DNA of 64,000 bases from Candidatus Krumholzibacteriia bacterium (GTDB taxonomy: Bacteria; Krumholzibacteriota; Krumholzibacteriia; JAJRXK01), in contig JBGPIA010000002.1 in the NCBI GenBank assembly GCA_041484665.1, forward strand, positions 320,001 to 384,000, given 5' to 3'. The notes under the pieces are model-generated. The model was not told the DNA's origin. It did not search any database and saw nothing but the letters and a program-made list of their open reading frames with translations. Both the position numbers and the translations under genes were made by a program. Shown here in pieces: positions 9,007 through 18,898 of this stretch; position 1 is the first letter of the stretch; every line of letters starts with the position of its first letter.

Positions 9007-9818
9007 GAGCCCGCGCCCGCCATGGCCAGCGCCGAGAGGTAGCCCACGACGCGGTCGGTATCGCCGAAGGCCTCGCTGCTGTCGGTGGCGTCGACCACCG
9101 TGAAGTGCGCCCCCGCCTGCTGGGCGAGCGCCATGAGCGTCAGCACCGCTCCCGCTCCGCACGCCTCCACCTCCCCGCGGTCCAGCGCGCGCGCCATCGC
9201 ATCGGGGTCGCCTTCGAGCAGCACCTGCTTGAAGTGCGCATCCAACTGCACGGCCTGGCCGTGATTGTAGTAGTGCGAGAGATCGCTGCTCGCCACGACC
9301 AGCAGGCGGCGGTCCTGCGCCAGCCCCGCCAGCGCCTGGGCCACCTTGCGCGCCTGGGAGAGATCGGGCAGCCCGAACGCGACGGCCACCACCGGCACTC
9401 CGGGCAGCGCCCGCTGCAGCAGCGGCAGCTGGACCTCGATGGCGTGCTCGCTGAACGTCGCGCCCTTTGCCTGTGGTCCCAGAGCATCCAGCAGCGCGTC
9501 GGCCAGCGCGGTGGCACCCGGCACGCGGCCCAGCGGCGTCTCGAAGCCTTCGACCTGGAACACGCGGCAGCCGTGCACCGGCACGCGGTGGCTGGGCGCC
9601 AGCACGGCCACGGCGTCCACCGCGGCGCCGCGCAGAGCCCCCACCGCCATTCCGGCAGTGCGGCCGGAGTACACGTAGCCGGCGTGGGGCACCAGCGCCC
9701 CGACTGGACGCCCCGCGGGCGCCGCCGGCGCTCGGCTGAGGAAGAGGTCCACCACTTCCTCCAGCGCATCCCGCTCGGCGGGATAGAAGGATCCGTCAAA
9801 CGCGCTTGCGAGGATCAT
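9003..9818 (-). CDS. amrB: AmmeMemoRadiSam system protein B (MEMO1 family)
   Basis: GSFYP, PHAGYVYSG, PSH, EHAIEVQLP, SSDLSHY, ACG and VVGY motifs. Confidence 0.9.
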   Translation of the reverse strand: MILASAFDGSFYPAERDALEEVVDLFLSRAPAAPAGRPVGALVPHAGYVYSGRTAGMAVGALRGAAVDAVAVLAPSHRVPVHGCRVFQVEGFETPLGRVPGATALADALLDALGPQAKGATFSEHAIEVQLPLLQRALPGVPVVAVAFGLPDLSQARKVAQALAGLAQDRRLLVVASSDLSHYYNHGQAVQLDAHFKQVLLEGDPDAMARALDRGEVEACGAGAVLTLMALAQQAGAHFTVVDATDSSEAFGDTDRVVGYLSALAMAGAGS

Positions 9819-11439
9819 GATCGCCTGCCTGTGGCAATGGCGCGAGCCGGACCGCCCCATCGCGGAAGATCTGGGTGTCGCCGACGAAGCGGGGGTCCTG
9901 CCCCGGGATCCCGGCCATGGCGTGCAGACCGCGCGTCTCAGCGCGATACAGAGCGCAGCGGATCACCAGCGTGCCCAAGAGCGTCACGTTGCCCAGCTCG
10001 ATGAGGTCCGCGTCGGGCTCGCAGCGGCCGACCCACTCCTGCGCGTCCTTGGACATCTCCTCCATACGCTCCAGCGCGATGCACAGCCGCTCGGTGTCAC
10101 GCACGATGCCCACGTAATCCCACATCGTGCGCCGTGCCACGTCCCAATCGTGCCGGACGGCGGTGGGCAGCACGCGCGTGGTGCCGGTCGCGGCCGCCGG
10201 CGCGCGCCGGGGCGGCACCGCAGGAGGATAGGCCGAGGCCGCCAGCTGCTCCAGCACTCGCCGGCTGGCCGCCTGGGCGAAGTACAGCGCCTCCAAGAGG
10301 CTATTGCTCGCCAGACGGTTGGCGCCGTGCAGGCCGGTGCAGGCCGCCTCACCGATCACGAACAGCCCGGGCAGGTCGCTCTCCGCGTGCTCGTTGGTCA
10401 CCACACCGCCGCACTGGTAGTGCGCTGCGGGAACCACCGGCAACGGCGAGCGGGTCAGGTCGAACCCGAAGCGGCGACAGGTCAGGGCGATGTTGGGGAA
10501 GCGCTGCAGCGCGTGCTCGGCTTGGATCATCGTGGTGTCCAGCAACACGTGGTCCTCCCCGCGCTGCTTCATCTCCAGGTCGATGGCGCGGGCCACGATG
10601 TCGCGCGGAGCGAGGTCGGCCTGGGGGTGATAGCGCTCCATGAACGCCTCTCCGCCCAGGTTGCGCAGCACCGCGCCCTCGCCGCGCACGGCCTCGCTGA
10701 TGAGGAAGTTCTTCGCCGCCGGATGGAACAGGCAGGTGGGATGGAACTGCACGAACTCCAGGTTGGCCAGGCGTGCGCCTGCCCGGTAGGCCATCGCCGG
10801 TCCGTCGCCGGTGGCGATGTCCGGATTGGAGGTGTAGAGGTACACCTTGCCGCTGCCGCCGGTGGCCAGCACCGTGACGCGCGCCGGGCAAGGCTGCACG
10901 ACGCCGCGCTGGCGGTCCAGGACGACGCAGCCCACCACGCGCCCGTCGTCGGCTTGCAGCAGCTGGACGGCGAGATGATCCTCCAGCATCTCGATGCGGG
11001 GATGGGCGCGCGCCAGATGCAGCAGCGCCGTCTCGAGCTCGCGCCCGGTGAAGTCGCCGGCGTGGACGATGCGGCGCCGGCTGTGGCCACCTTCGCGCCC
11101 CAAAACGAAGCGCCCTTCCTCGCTCCGACTGAAGCGGATCCCCTGCTCAGCCAGCTCGGCGATGAGCGAGGGCCCAGCCCGTACCACCCGGCGTACCACA
11201 TCCTCGTGGCACAGCCCGGCCCCCGCGGTCAGGGTATCCGCGACGTGCAGCTCGAAGGAGTCGTCACTCGCCAGCACCGAGGCGATGCCACCCTGCGCGT
11301 AGTTGGTGTTGCTCTCGAAGTCCTGCTTCTTTGTGACCATCCGGACCGACGCGTGCTCGGCTACGGCCAGGGCGAAGCGCAGCCCCGCAATACCGCTGCC
11401 GACGATCAGGACGTCCGGTGCGGCAGCATTCGGCGGCAT
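9796..11439 (-). CDS. nadB: L-aspartate oxidase
   Basis: GSGIAGL, SNTNYAQGGI, REGGHS, QFHPT, GLHGANRLASNSLLE and ETRGLH motifs. Confidence 0.93.
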   Translation of the reverse strand: MPPNAAAPDVLIVGSGIAGLRFALAVAEHASVRMVTKKQDFESNTNYAQGGIASVLASDDSFELHVADTLTAGAGLCHEDVVRRVVRAGPSLIAELAEQGIRFSRSEEGRFVLGREGGHSRRRIVHAGDFTGRELETALLHLARAHPRIEMLEDHLAVQLLQADDGRVVGCVVLDRQRGVVQPCPARVTVLATGGSGKVYLYTSNPDIATGDGPAMAYRAGARLANLEFVQFHPTCLFHPAAKNFLISEAVRGEGAVLRNLGGEAFMERYHPQADLAPRDIVARAIDLEMKQRGEDHVLLDTTMIQAEHALQRFPNIALTCRRFGFDLTRSPLPVVPAAHYQCGGVVTNEHAESDLPGLFVIGEAACTGLHGANRLASNSLLEALYFAQAASRRVLEQLAASAYPPAVPPRRAPAAATGTTRVLPTAVRHDWDVARRTMWDYVGIVRDTERLCIALERMEEMSKDAQEWVGRCEPDADLIELGNVTLLGTLVIRCALYRAETRGLHAMAGIPGQDPRFVGDTQIFRDGAVRLAPLPQAGDHDPRKRV

Positions 11440-11648
11440 ACGACGGGCTCCTCCACGAGCGGCACGCACAGGGTAGAGGAATCTATCGCGGGAGGCGACG
11501 GTGCAGACCTCGCGCAGCCGATCTGCGGATTTGCACGATGCACCCCCACCCGCACCCCCCTGGGCAGGCTGCCCCGGGCAGCCGGCACCGGGCCGGGCGA
11601 GCGTGCCTCAATCCGTTGCGATGACGACACTTATCGTCTGGGGGGAGG

Positions 11649-11664
11649 TGGCATACCCCTTGCA
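11649..11664 (+). promoter_or_regulatory. Sigma-54 (-24/-12) promoter
   Basis: TGGCATACCCCTTGCA (GG-N10-GC, close to consensus), about 90 bp upstream of the plus-strand lipoprotein. Confidence 0.7.
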
Positions 11665-11754
11665 GTCGACCCCCGCGCCCAGGAGCCCGTCCTGGTGACG
11701 ACTTTCCCGGGGTCTGCGCCCAGCGCGCAGCTCCGCGATCAAGGGAGGCTTTCC

Positions 11755-12342
11755 GTGCGGAAGACTACGCTGATGCTCGCCGTTCTGCTCGTCGCCGTTG
11801 CGTTCCTGCCGGCCTGCAACGACGTCGAGCGGGGACGTTCGGTCGTGGAGGTCAGCCAGGTGAACCTGGGGGCGCCGGTGGTGCTGGGCATCCTCAACGC
11901 TGGCAGCGACAAGCTCGTGGGCACGCAGGATGACTTCATCCCCCCCGGGGACGTCGTGGTGACCATGCGCAACCGCGCCTACAACCAGTTCATCACCGCG
12001 CCCGACGAGGCGCCCTATGGCCAGTTCCACGTGACCCGCGTTCACGTGCACTGGACCGCCGCAGATGCGAGCACGCCCGTGGCACAGCTCGTGCCGTTCG
12101 ACTACGAGGCGGGCATGGACGTCACCATCCCCAAGGACTCCGACGCCACCTTCAGCGTGCTGCTTTCGAGCTTTTACATGAAGAGCCAGCCGTACTTCTC
12201 GGGCCTGGTCGACGGCTCCACCCCGCCGTTCTCGGCGGTGGCGAGCCTCACGTTCTTCGGGCACGACTCGGGCAGCACCAGCGAGGTCGAGGTCCCGGCC
12301 AGCGCTCTCTGCGAGTTCATCGGCGTCGTTCTCACCAACTAG
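11755..12342 (+). CDS. Uncharacterised beta-rich lipoprotein (195 aa)
   Basis: GGGAGG ribosome-binding site before GTG 11755, signal peptide with lipobox LPA-C, and strong GC3 codon bias. It is the 3' part of ORF 9817..12342. Confidence 0.85.
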   Translation: MRKTTLMLAVLLVAVAFLPACNDVERGRSVVEVSQVNLGAPVVLGILNAGSDKLVGTQDDFIPPGDVVVTMRNRAYNQFITAPDEAPYGQFHVTRVHVHWTAADASTPVAQLVPFDYEAGMDVTIPKDSDATFSVLLSSFYMKSQPYFSGLVDGSTPPFSAVASLTFFGHDSGSTSEVEVPASALCEFIGVVLTN

Positions 12343-12382
12343 CGGTCGGCGGCGCGCGCGGCGCCCCCCACCCGATCCCACG

Positions 12383-12417
12383 CGGCGGCAGGCTCGATTG
12401 CCTGCCGCCGTTTCGTT
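12383..12417 (+). terminator. Probable intrinsic terminator between convergent genes
   Basis: Perfect 11-bp stem CGGCGGCAGGC / GCCTGCCGCCG with a 6-nt loop, followed by TTTCGTT. Confidence 0.7.
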
Positions 12418-12505
12418 GGCCCGGCGCGCAGGGCCAGGCCTCCTCGCGTCGTAGCGTGACGCTGCGCGCACACCCCGCTGCCGCGCTCGCGCCGCGCTGC
12501 CGCGC

Positions 12506-13540
12506 TCACAGCCCTGCGGCCTGCGCCACGCGCTCCGCGGGATCCTCGCCCGCCCATTCGATGCGCGCCCGGAGCCGGTACAGCGGCCGCGCGAGCGCGA
12601 GCGCCGCCAGTCGCGCGTGGTTCTTCTCGGGGCATACGATGGCCCCGGCCCCCAGAGCATCCGCCAACAGCGTCAGCGCGCGCGCATCGCGCGCCGTGGG
12701 CAGCGCGTGGTCGGCCAGGCGCAGGCTGGCGACCGGATCCAGCCCCGCGCGCCGCGCATCGCGCTCGAAACTGCGCGGGCGGGCCAGGCCGCTGGCCAGC
12801 ACGACCGCGCCCAACTCCCGGCCGCGCGCGAGGGCCAGCTCCACGCCAGCGGGCGACACCAGCGATGCGGGGGCCAGCCGGAAGGGGAAGGCGCGCCCCC
12901 CGCACGCCTGCGCCGCCCAACGCGCGTAGGCGTCGTGCTGGACCGCAGTCGGCGGCCAGGGGTCCTCCTCCACCCGGATCAGCACCATCTGTGCGCGGCG
13001 CAGGGCGTCGGCACCCTCCCGCGCGGGGCCCGCCGGCAAGGGGCGCGGTGGAATCCGCAGGTCGCGGTCCAGGACGACGACCAGCAACACGGTCGCGACC
13101 ACGCCGCACTGCAGCGCGTCGTCGAGCAGGACGACCTGCGCGCCGCCCGCTGCCGCCTGGGCGAAGCCACGGCTGCGATCCCCGTCGCGCAGCACCGGCG
13201 CACCCAGCTCGCCCTGCAGCCAGTGCGGCTCGTCCCCACCGCGCTGCGCCCCGTAACCGCGCGTGAGTACGGCCACACGCAGGCCGCGTGCCTGCAGCTG
13301 CCGCCCCAGCGCGGCGACCAGCGGCGTCTTGCCGCAGCCCCCCACGCGCAGATTGCCGATGCCGATCGACGGCGGAGCGCACGGCAGCGGGCGCGCCGGC
13401 GCCAGGCGTCGGCGCAGGCGGGCGGCGCGGGCGTAGAGCGCTCCCAGCGGTGCCAGCCACGCCCCGAACCCGCCCGGTGCGGCGGCGTCGAGCGCGTCGA
13501 GCAGCCGGGTCGCCTTTGGCCGGCGGTCAAGTACGACCAT
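12506..13540 (-). CDS. lpxK: Tetraacyldisaccharide 4'-kinase
   Basis: GNLRVGGCGKTP, RGYG, GDEP, LDDALQ and PAGPARE motifs; at the end of the lpx operon. Confidence 0.85.
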   Translation of the reverse strand: MVVLDRRPKATRLLDALDAAAPGGFGAWLAPLGALYARAARLRRRLAPARPLPCAPPSIGIGNLRVGGCGKTPLVAALGRQLQARGLRVAVLTRGYGAQRGGDEPHWLQGELGAPVLRDGDRSRGFAQAAAGGAQVVLLDDALQCGVVATVLLVVVLDRDLRIPPRPLPAGPAREGADALRRAQMVLIRVEEDPWPPTAVQHDAYARWAAQACGGRAFPFRLAPASLVSPAGVELALARGRELGAVVLASGLARPRSFERDARRAGLDPVASLRLADHALPTARDARALTLLADALGAGAIVCPEKNHARLAALALARPLYRLRARIEWAGEDPAERVAQAAGL

Positions 13541-14303
13541 GCGAGAGCGTCAGCGGGCCGGAGCTTGTGGGACCCGACGCGGCCAGCGTGCTCGCGGCCG
13601 GGGCGACCGCCGATGCGACCGACGCGGCGCTGCGCGGGGAGGCCACGCCTGCCACCGCGGCCACGCGCGCAGGGGCCGCACCCGCCCGCCACCCGCCCAG
13701 CGCCAGCGCCAACAGCGCCCCGGCGCGGTCGAGGCCCTCGGGCCCCGGGTCCACCGTGACGGCCGGGCCGACCTGGACCGCCACGCGACTGCCCGGCAGC
13801 GGGACCTCGAAGCAGTCCCAGCTTCCCGGCGCGATCCACGACCGATCCAGGTGTGCCCTCAGCGGAACCACGGGCGTTCCGGCGGACTGGGCCAGGCGCA
13901 GGACCCCGTCCTGCACCATGGCGCAGGGTCCGCGCGGCCCGTCGACCGCCAGCCCCACGCGGACGCCCTGGGCGAGTGCGCGGAGCACCTGGTGCGCCGC
14001 GGTGCGGCCGTCGCGGCTGCTGCTGCCGCGGATGAGCCCGAAACCGCGCGCGCGCAGCACCCGCGCGAGCAGCTCGCCGTCGCGGCTGCGGCTGACAACG
14101 ATCGAGAGGCCCAACCCCTCCATGGCCCACAGCAGCGGCACGAGCTGACCGTGGCGGCAGGCGAACAGCAGGCCGTCGCCTCCGCGCGCCCGCAGCAGGA
14201 CCGCGTGGCGGTCGTCGATCTGCAGGGCGACGCTGCGGCGCAGCAGCGCGTAGGCGGCGCGGGCGCCACAGGACAGCAGCGGAGTGGTGAAGGAGGCGGT
14301 CAT
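13527..14303 (-). CDS. DUF374 / LPLAT-like acyltransferase family protein
   Basis: VSRSRDGE, IRGSSSRDG, DGPRGP and SWD motifs; ATG at 14303. Confidence 0.85.
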   Translation of the reverse strand: MTASFTTPLLSCGARAAYALLRRSVALQIDDRHAVLLRARGGDGLLFACRHGQLVPLLWAMEGLGLSIVVSRSRDGELLARVLRARGFGLIRGSSSRDGRTAAHQVLRALAQGVRVGLAVDGPRGPCAMVQDGVLRLAQSAGTPVVPLRAHLDRSWIAPGSWDCFEVPLPGSRVAVQVGPAVTVDPGPEGLDRAGALLALALGGWRAGAAPARVAAVAGVASPRSAASVASAVAPAASTLAASGPTSSGPLTLSHGRT

Positions 14304-14355
14304 GGACGCTGGCGCGGTCCGTGCGCGGAGCGCGCGCGGAGCACGCGGCGCCGGC

Positions 14356-14385
14356 AGTATAGGGAGCCGGCGCCCCGCCGCGCAA
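14356..14385 (-). promoter_or_regulatory. Possible sigma-70 promoter for DUF374-lpxK
   Basis: TTGCGC-N18-TATACT on the minus strand in the intergenic gap. Confidence 0.4.
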
Positions 14386-14422
14386 CGTGCCGCGCCCGCG
14401 AGGCTGCGGACGGCCGCCCACC

Positions 14423-15610
14423 TCACAGCCGCTCCTGCGGCAGCGGGAGCGCTGGCGGGCGCTCGTCCTCGCGCGGCCGCAACCGGCCCGCGAGCATCTC
14501 CATGGCCATGGCGGCCACCCGCCGGGCGGCGCCGCCACCACCCAGGATCGAGCGCAGCTCGTCGAAGGCCTGTTGCTGGGCGAGGGCCTGCGGGGACGCC
14601 GCGTCCAACAACGGCGCGACGGCGCGCGTCAGCGGCGCGGCCGAGAGCCGACCCTGGAGCAGCTCCGGGATGGCGCGCCGGCCCAGGACCAAGTTGACGA
14701 TCCCGATGTGCTCCACGGTCGCCAGCGCGCGAGCGATGGCGTAGCTCGCGGCGCTCGTGCGGTAGACGATCGCGTGGGGAGTGCGGGCCAGCGCCGCCTC
14801 CAGGGTGGCCGTCCCGCTGGTGACGATGGCGGCCTGCGCGCGGCGCAACAGGGGCAGCAGCGGGCCCTGCACCACCTCGGCCTGCGGGCAGCGGGCGCGC
14901 AGAGGCGCGAGCCACGCCGCATCGACGCCCAACGCCAGGCTGACCGCGACGCGATCCGTGGTGCCCGTGGCCAGCAGGCTGGCCGCCGCCTCGCCCAGCG
15001 CCGGTCCGACGCGCAGCAGCTCCTGGCGTCGGCTGCCCGGGCACAGCAGCAGCCCGCGGCGCGCAGGCGCTGGCGCGGCGAGCTCGGCTGCGTATCGGTC
15101 CAGCAGCGGATGCCCCACGTAGCGCGCGTCGATCCCGTGGGCCCGGTAGTACGCCTCCTCGAAGGGGAAGATCACCGCGCAGCTCGCCACGCTACGGCGC
15201 AGGCTGCGCAGCCGCCACGCGCCCCACGACCAGGTCTTGGGCGGGATGACGTCCAGCGTGGCGATGCCGTGCCGGGCGAGCCGTCCGGCGAGGGCCACGT
15301 GGAACCCGGGGTAGTCCACCGCCACCAGCAGCCTCACGCCCTCGCGCACGGCACGGGCCGCCAGCACGTCACGCAAGCGCCACAGCCGCGGCAGGTGGCG
15401 GATCACCTCGGCAAAGCCCATCACGCTCAGCTGGTCGAGAGTGGCCCACAGGGGCACGCCCGCGCTGGCGAGCTGCTCTCCCCCCACACCGGCCAGGCGT
15501 ACGCCCGGCAAGAGCTCCCGCAAGGCGTTGGCGACCGCCGCGGCATACACGTCGCCGCTGGGCTCGCCGCACGAGATCAGGATCGAGGGACCGGGCTGCC
15601 CGCTGCTCAC
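14423..15610 (-). CDS. lpxB: Lipid-A-disaccharide synthase
   Basis: GEPSGD, VMGFAEV, DYPGFH, FPFE, VGHPL, PGSR and SGTATLE motifs. Confidence 0.93.
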   Translation of the reverse strand: MSSGQPGPSILISCGEPSGDVYAAAVANALRELLPGVRLAGVGGEQLASAGVPLWATLDQLSVMGFAEVIRHLPRLWRLRDVLAARAVREGVRLLVAVDYPGFHVALAGRLARHGIATLDVIPPKTWSWGAWRLRSLRRSVASCAVIFPFEEAYYRAHGIDARYVGHPLLDRYAAELAAPAPARRGLLLCPGSRRQELLRVGPALGEAAASLLATGTTDRVAVSLALGVDAAWLAPLRARCPQAEVVQGPLLPLLRRAQAAIVTSGTATLEAALARTPHAIVYRTSAASYAIARALATVEHIGIVNLVLGRRAIPELLQGRLSAAPLTRAVAPLLDAASPQALAQQQAFDELRSILGGGGAARRVAAMAMEMLAGRLRPREDERPPALPLPQERL

Positions 15611-15632
15611 GTCGGACGGGCCGGCGGGCGCC

Positions 15633-16457
15633 CTAGCGGACGATGCCGCGGGTGCTGCGCGCGAAGAAGTCTGCGAAGATGCGGCCGACCTCGTCCTGGC
15701 CCTCGGCCGCGATCACCTGGATCGCCTCCTCCAGACGCAGGCCTTTGCGGTAGATCGCGCGGTAGGCGCGCTTGATGCGCGCGATCTGCTCGTCGTCGAA
15801 GCCGCGGCGGCCCAGCCCGATGGAGTTGATGCCCGCCAGGACGGGCGGATTCCCGGCCACCTTCACGAAGGGCGGCACGTCCTGCGGAATGCGGCTGCCG
15901 CCACCGATCATGGAATGGGCCCCCACCACGACGAACTGGTGGACGGGCGTGATGCCGCCGATGATGGCGTAGTCATCGACCGACACGTGGCCGGCCAGAT
16001 TGACCGAGTTGGCCAGGATCACGTGATCGCCCACCACGCAGTTGTGGGCCACGTGGGAGTAGGCCATGAGCAGGCAATGGCTGCCGACGCGGGTCTGCTC
16101 CCCTTCGCCGGTGGCGATATTAATGGTGGCGTACTCGCGGACGGTGGTCCCGTCGCCGATCACCACCTCCGAGGCGGCGCCCTCGTACTTGAGGTCCTGG
16201 GGGGCGGAGCCGATCACCGCTCCCTGGAAGATGTGGTTGCCCCGGCCGATGCGCACCCGGTTGTCCAGCAGGACGTGGGAACCGATCTCGCTGCCCTCAC
16301 CGACGTGCACCAGGGGCCCGATGATGGCGTAGGGCCCGACGACCACGCCGCGCCCCAGCCGCGCGGCAGGGTGCACCAGCGCTGTGGAGTGGATCTGGGG
16401 CGCCCCGTCCGCGCGAGCCGCCTGCTGGGTGCGTGCCATGGGCTTCCCCGACGTCAT
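15633..16457 (-). CDS. lpxA: UDP-N-acetylglucosamine O-acyltransferase
   Basis: Hexapeptide repeats plus PQDLKY, HVAHNC, HQFV and DVPPF. An alternative start is 16439. Confidence 0.95.
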   Translation of the reverse strand: MTSGKPMARTQQAARADGAPQIHSTALVHPAARLGRGVVVGPYAIIGPLVHVGEGSEIGSHVLLDNRVRIGRGNHIFQGAVIGSAPQDLKYEGAASEVVIGDGTTVREYATINIATGEGEQTRVGSHCLLMAYSHVAHNCVVGDHVILANSVNLAGHVSVDDYAIIGGITPVHQFVVVGAHSMIGGGSRIPQDVPPFVKVAGNPPVLAGINSIGLGRRGFDDEQIARIKRAYRAIYRKGLRLEEAIQVIAAEGQDEVGRIFADFFARSTRGIVR

Positions 16458-16461
16458 GAGC

Positions 16462-17778
16462 CTAGCGGTTCACCACTGCGGCGATCAGCTCGGCCTCGGC
16501 CACGATTTCGCCGTCCACCTTGCCGACGCCGGCCATCTTACACGTATTGCGCTTGAACTTGAGCATCTCCAACTCGAAATACAGCTGATCCCCGGGCACC
16601 ACCGGCCGGCGGAACTTGGCCCGCTCGATCGAGGAGAAGTAGACCAGCTTGGTCTCGGGCTGCTCGATCATGGTCATGAGCAGCACGCCCCCCATCTGCG
16701 CCATCGCCTCGATCACCAGCACCGCGGGCATGATCGGGTGGCCGGGGAAGTGCCCCACGAAGAACGGCTCGTTGATGGTGACGTTCTTGAGGCCCACCAC
16801 GCGCTTGCCCGGATCCACCTCCAGGATGCGGTCCACTAGCAACATGGGATAGCGATGCGGGAGGATGTCCATGACGGCGCGGATGTCCCAGTGGGTCGGC
16901 TTCTTCGCCGGGTACACCCGGTTCACGCCCCCCCGCTCCTGGGCCGCCAGCTTGCGCACGAAATTGACGTTGGTCTCGTGGCCGCTCTTGAGGCTGATCA
17001 CGTGCCCTTTGATGGGCGTCCCCAAGAGGCTCAGGTCCCCGAGCAGGTCGAGGATCTTGTGCCGGACGAACTCGTCGGGGAAACGCAGGGGCTCCTCGTT
17101 GAGGATGCGGTCCTCGTCCACCACCACGGCGTTCTTGAGCGTCCCACCCTGGATCAGGCCCAGGCCGCGCAAGTGGTTCACCTCGCGCTTGAGAGCGAAG
17201 GTGCGCGCGGGGGCGATGTCGCGCACGAAGCTCTCCGGATTGATGTCGAAGCTCGCGTACTGCGTGCCGATGATCGGGTTGTCGTACTGGATGGTGAAGC
17301 TCACGCGGAAGCCGTCGTATGGGATGGCGGTGACGCCAATCCCCTCCTTCACCCACTGGCAGGGATTGCGGACCACGTAGTAGGGAGCAGGCACTCCCTG
17401 GTCGACGATGCCCGTGCCCAGCAGCAGGTCCACGAACGGCTTGGCGCTGCCGTCGACGGGCTCGGGCGGCTCGGGGCCATCCAGCTCCAGGTAACAATTG
17501 TCGATGGACAAACCGTAGAGGGTCGCCAGGACGTGCTCCACGGTGTGAATGCGCATCCCGCCGCCGTCGAGGGTCGTGTTGCGCAGGAACGGGGCATTCT
17601 CCGGCACCGATTCCACCTGCGCCGGGATCTCGACGCGCTGCCCGTCGCGGCGCAGGACGAATCGGATGCCGGTGTTGGGCGGCGCGGGCACGAAACGCAG
17701 GACGCTGGGCTGGCCGGTGTGGATGCCGACCCCCTCGTAGACGGTTGGCTCCCTAAGGGTTCGTTGTTGACGCAGCAC
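16462..17778 (-). CDS. lpxC-fabZ: Bifunctional LpxC deacetylase / FabZ dehydratase
   Basis: N-terminal half has TVEH, APARTF and [11 protein letters not shown]-terminal half has [16 protein letters not shown] and GHFP. GTG at 17778. Confidence 0.95.
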   Translation of the reverse strand: MLRQQRTLREPTVYEGVGIHTGQPSVLRFVPAPPNTGIRFVLRRDGQRVEIPAQVESVPENAPFLRNTTLDGGGMRIHTVEHVLATLYGLSIDNCYLELDGPEPPEPVDGSAKPFVDLLLGTGIVDQGVPAPYYVVRNPCQWVKEGIGVTAIPYDGFRVSFTIQYDNPIIGTQYASFDINPESFVRDIAPARTFALKREVNHLRGLGLIQGGTLKNAVVVDEDRILNEEPLRFPDEFVRHKILDLLGDLSLLGTPIKGHVISLKSGHETNVNFVRKLAAQERGGVNRVYPAKKPTHWDIRAVMDILPHRYPMLLVDRILEVDPGKRVVGLKNVTINEPFFVGHFPGHPIMPAVLVIEAMAQMGGVLLMTMIEQPETKLVYFSSIERAKFRRPVVPGDQLYFELEMLKFKRNTCKMAGVGKVDGEIVAEAELIAAVVNR

Positions 17779-18805
17779 GCTGGGCCTTCTCCAGCTCACC
17801 GACCCGCTTGCGCAGCTCGGAGATCTCGTCGGCGTAGCGCGCAAGTCGCCCGAAGTGGGCGTTGAGGCGCTTGAACTCCCGGAGATCGCGGGCCGGCGAG
17901 CCGAAGGACTCGCCGCCGGCCGGCACATCCTTGCTCACACCGCTCTGGGCGCCGATGCGAGCGTTGTCTCCCACCTCGATGTGGCCGATGATCCCCACCT
18001 GACCCGCGAGCATCACGCCGTCGCCCAGGCGGGTGCTCCCGGCGATGCCCACCTGCGCCGAGATGACGCAGTGCTTGCCGATGGTGACGTTGTGGGCGAT
18101 CTGCACGAGGTTGTCGATCTTGGTCCCGGCCCCGATCACCGTGCGTCCGGTGGTGGCCCGGTCCACGCACGCATTGGCTCCGATCTCCACGTCGTCCTCG
18201 AGGATCACGCGGCCGATCTGGGGAATCTTGTGGTACGTGCCGGCCTGCTTGGCGTAACCGAAGCCGTCGCTGCCGATCACCGCGCCAGGATGCACGATCA
18301 CCCGGTCGCCGAGCTCGCACTCCTCGCGGATCGTGACGTGGGGATAGATGAGACAGCGGGTGCCGATCTTGACCCCACCCAGCAGAACCGTGTGCGCCCC
18401 CAGGATCGTGTGGGCCCCTACCGTCGAGCCCGCGCCGATCACCACGTGCGGCCCCACGCGCACTCCCTCGGCCAGGCGCGCGCTCGGGTCGACCACCGCC
18501 GCGGGATGGATCCCCGCGGCGAACTGATCGGTGACCGGGCGGCTGAAGACCTCGATCGCCCGTAGGAACGCCAGGTAGGGGTCGGCGGCCCGGATGCAGG
18601 GCAGCGTCGTCTCGATGCCCTCGGCCACGATCACCGCCGAGGCCAGGGTCTGCGCGAGGAAGGGCATGTAGCGCGGATTGGCAACGAAGGTCAGGTCACC
18701 GGGGCGGGCCTCGCGCACCCCGGCGACGCCACTGATGGGAAGATCCTCCGGCCCCGCCAGACGCCCGCCCACGCGCTCCGCGAGGGATTTCAGTGCAACG
18801 CTCAT
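17753..18805 (-). CDS. lpxD: UDP-3-O-acylglucosamine N-acyltransferase
   Basis: [25 protein letters not shown] and hexapeptide repeats. Confidence 0.95.
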   Translation of the reverse strand: MSVALKSLAERVGGRLAGPEDLPISGVAGVREARPGDLTFVANPRYMPFLAQTLASAVIVAEGIETTLPCIRAADPYLAFLRAIEVFSRPVTDQFAAGIHPAAVVDPSARLAEGVRVGPHVVIGAGSTVGAHTILGAHTVLLGGVKIGTRCLIYPHVTIREECELGDRVIVHPGAVIGSDGFGYAKQAGTYHKIPQIGRVILEDDVEIGANACVDRATTGRTVIGAGTKIDNLVQIAHNVTIGKHCVISAQVGIAGSTRLGDGVMLAGQVGIIGHIEVGDNARIGAQSGVSKDVPAGGESFGSPARDLREFKRLNAHFGRLARYADEISELRKRVGELEKAQRAASTTNP

Positions 18806-18865
18806 CAGCGACCCTCTCCGCGGCGGTGCGCGCCGGCCCCGCCGCCGCATGCGGGGCGGGCGCCC

Positions 18866-18894
18866 ATCGTGCCCGGGGCGCGCCCCCCTGTCAA
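18866..18894 (-). promoter_or_regulatory. Possible sigma-70 promoter upstream of lpxD
   Basis: TTGACA-N17-CACGAT on the minus strand. Confidence 0.5.
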
Positions 18895-18898
18895 TGCG

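Noticed and set aside
9817..11754. N-terminal part of the 841-aa plus-strand ORF
   Set aside because: It is antisense to nadB. Only the 3' part from 11755 has an RBS, a signal peptide and coding character.
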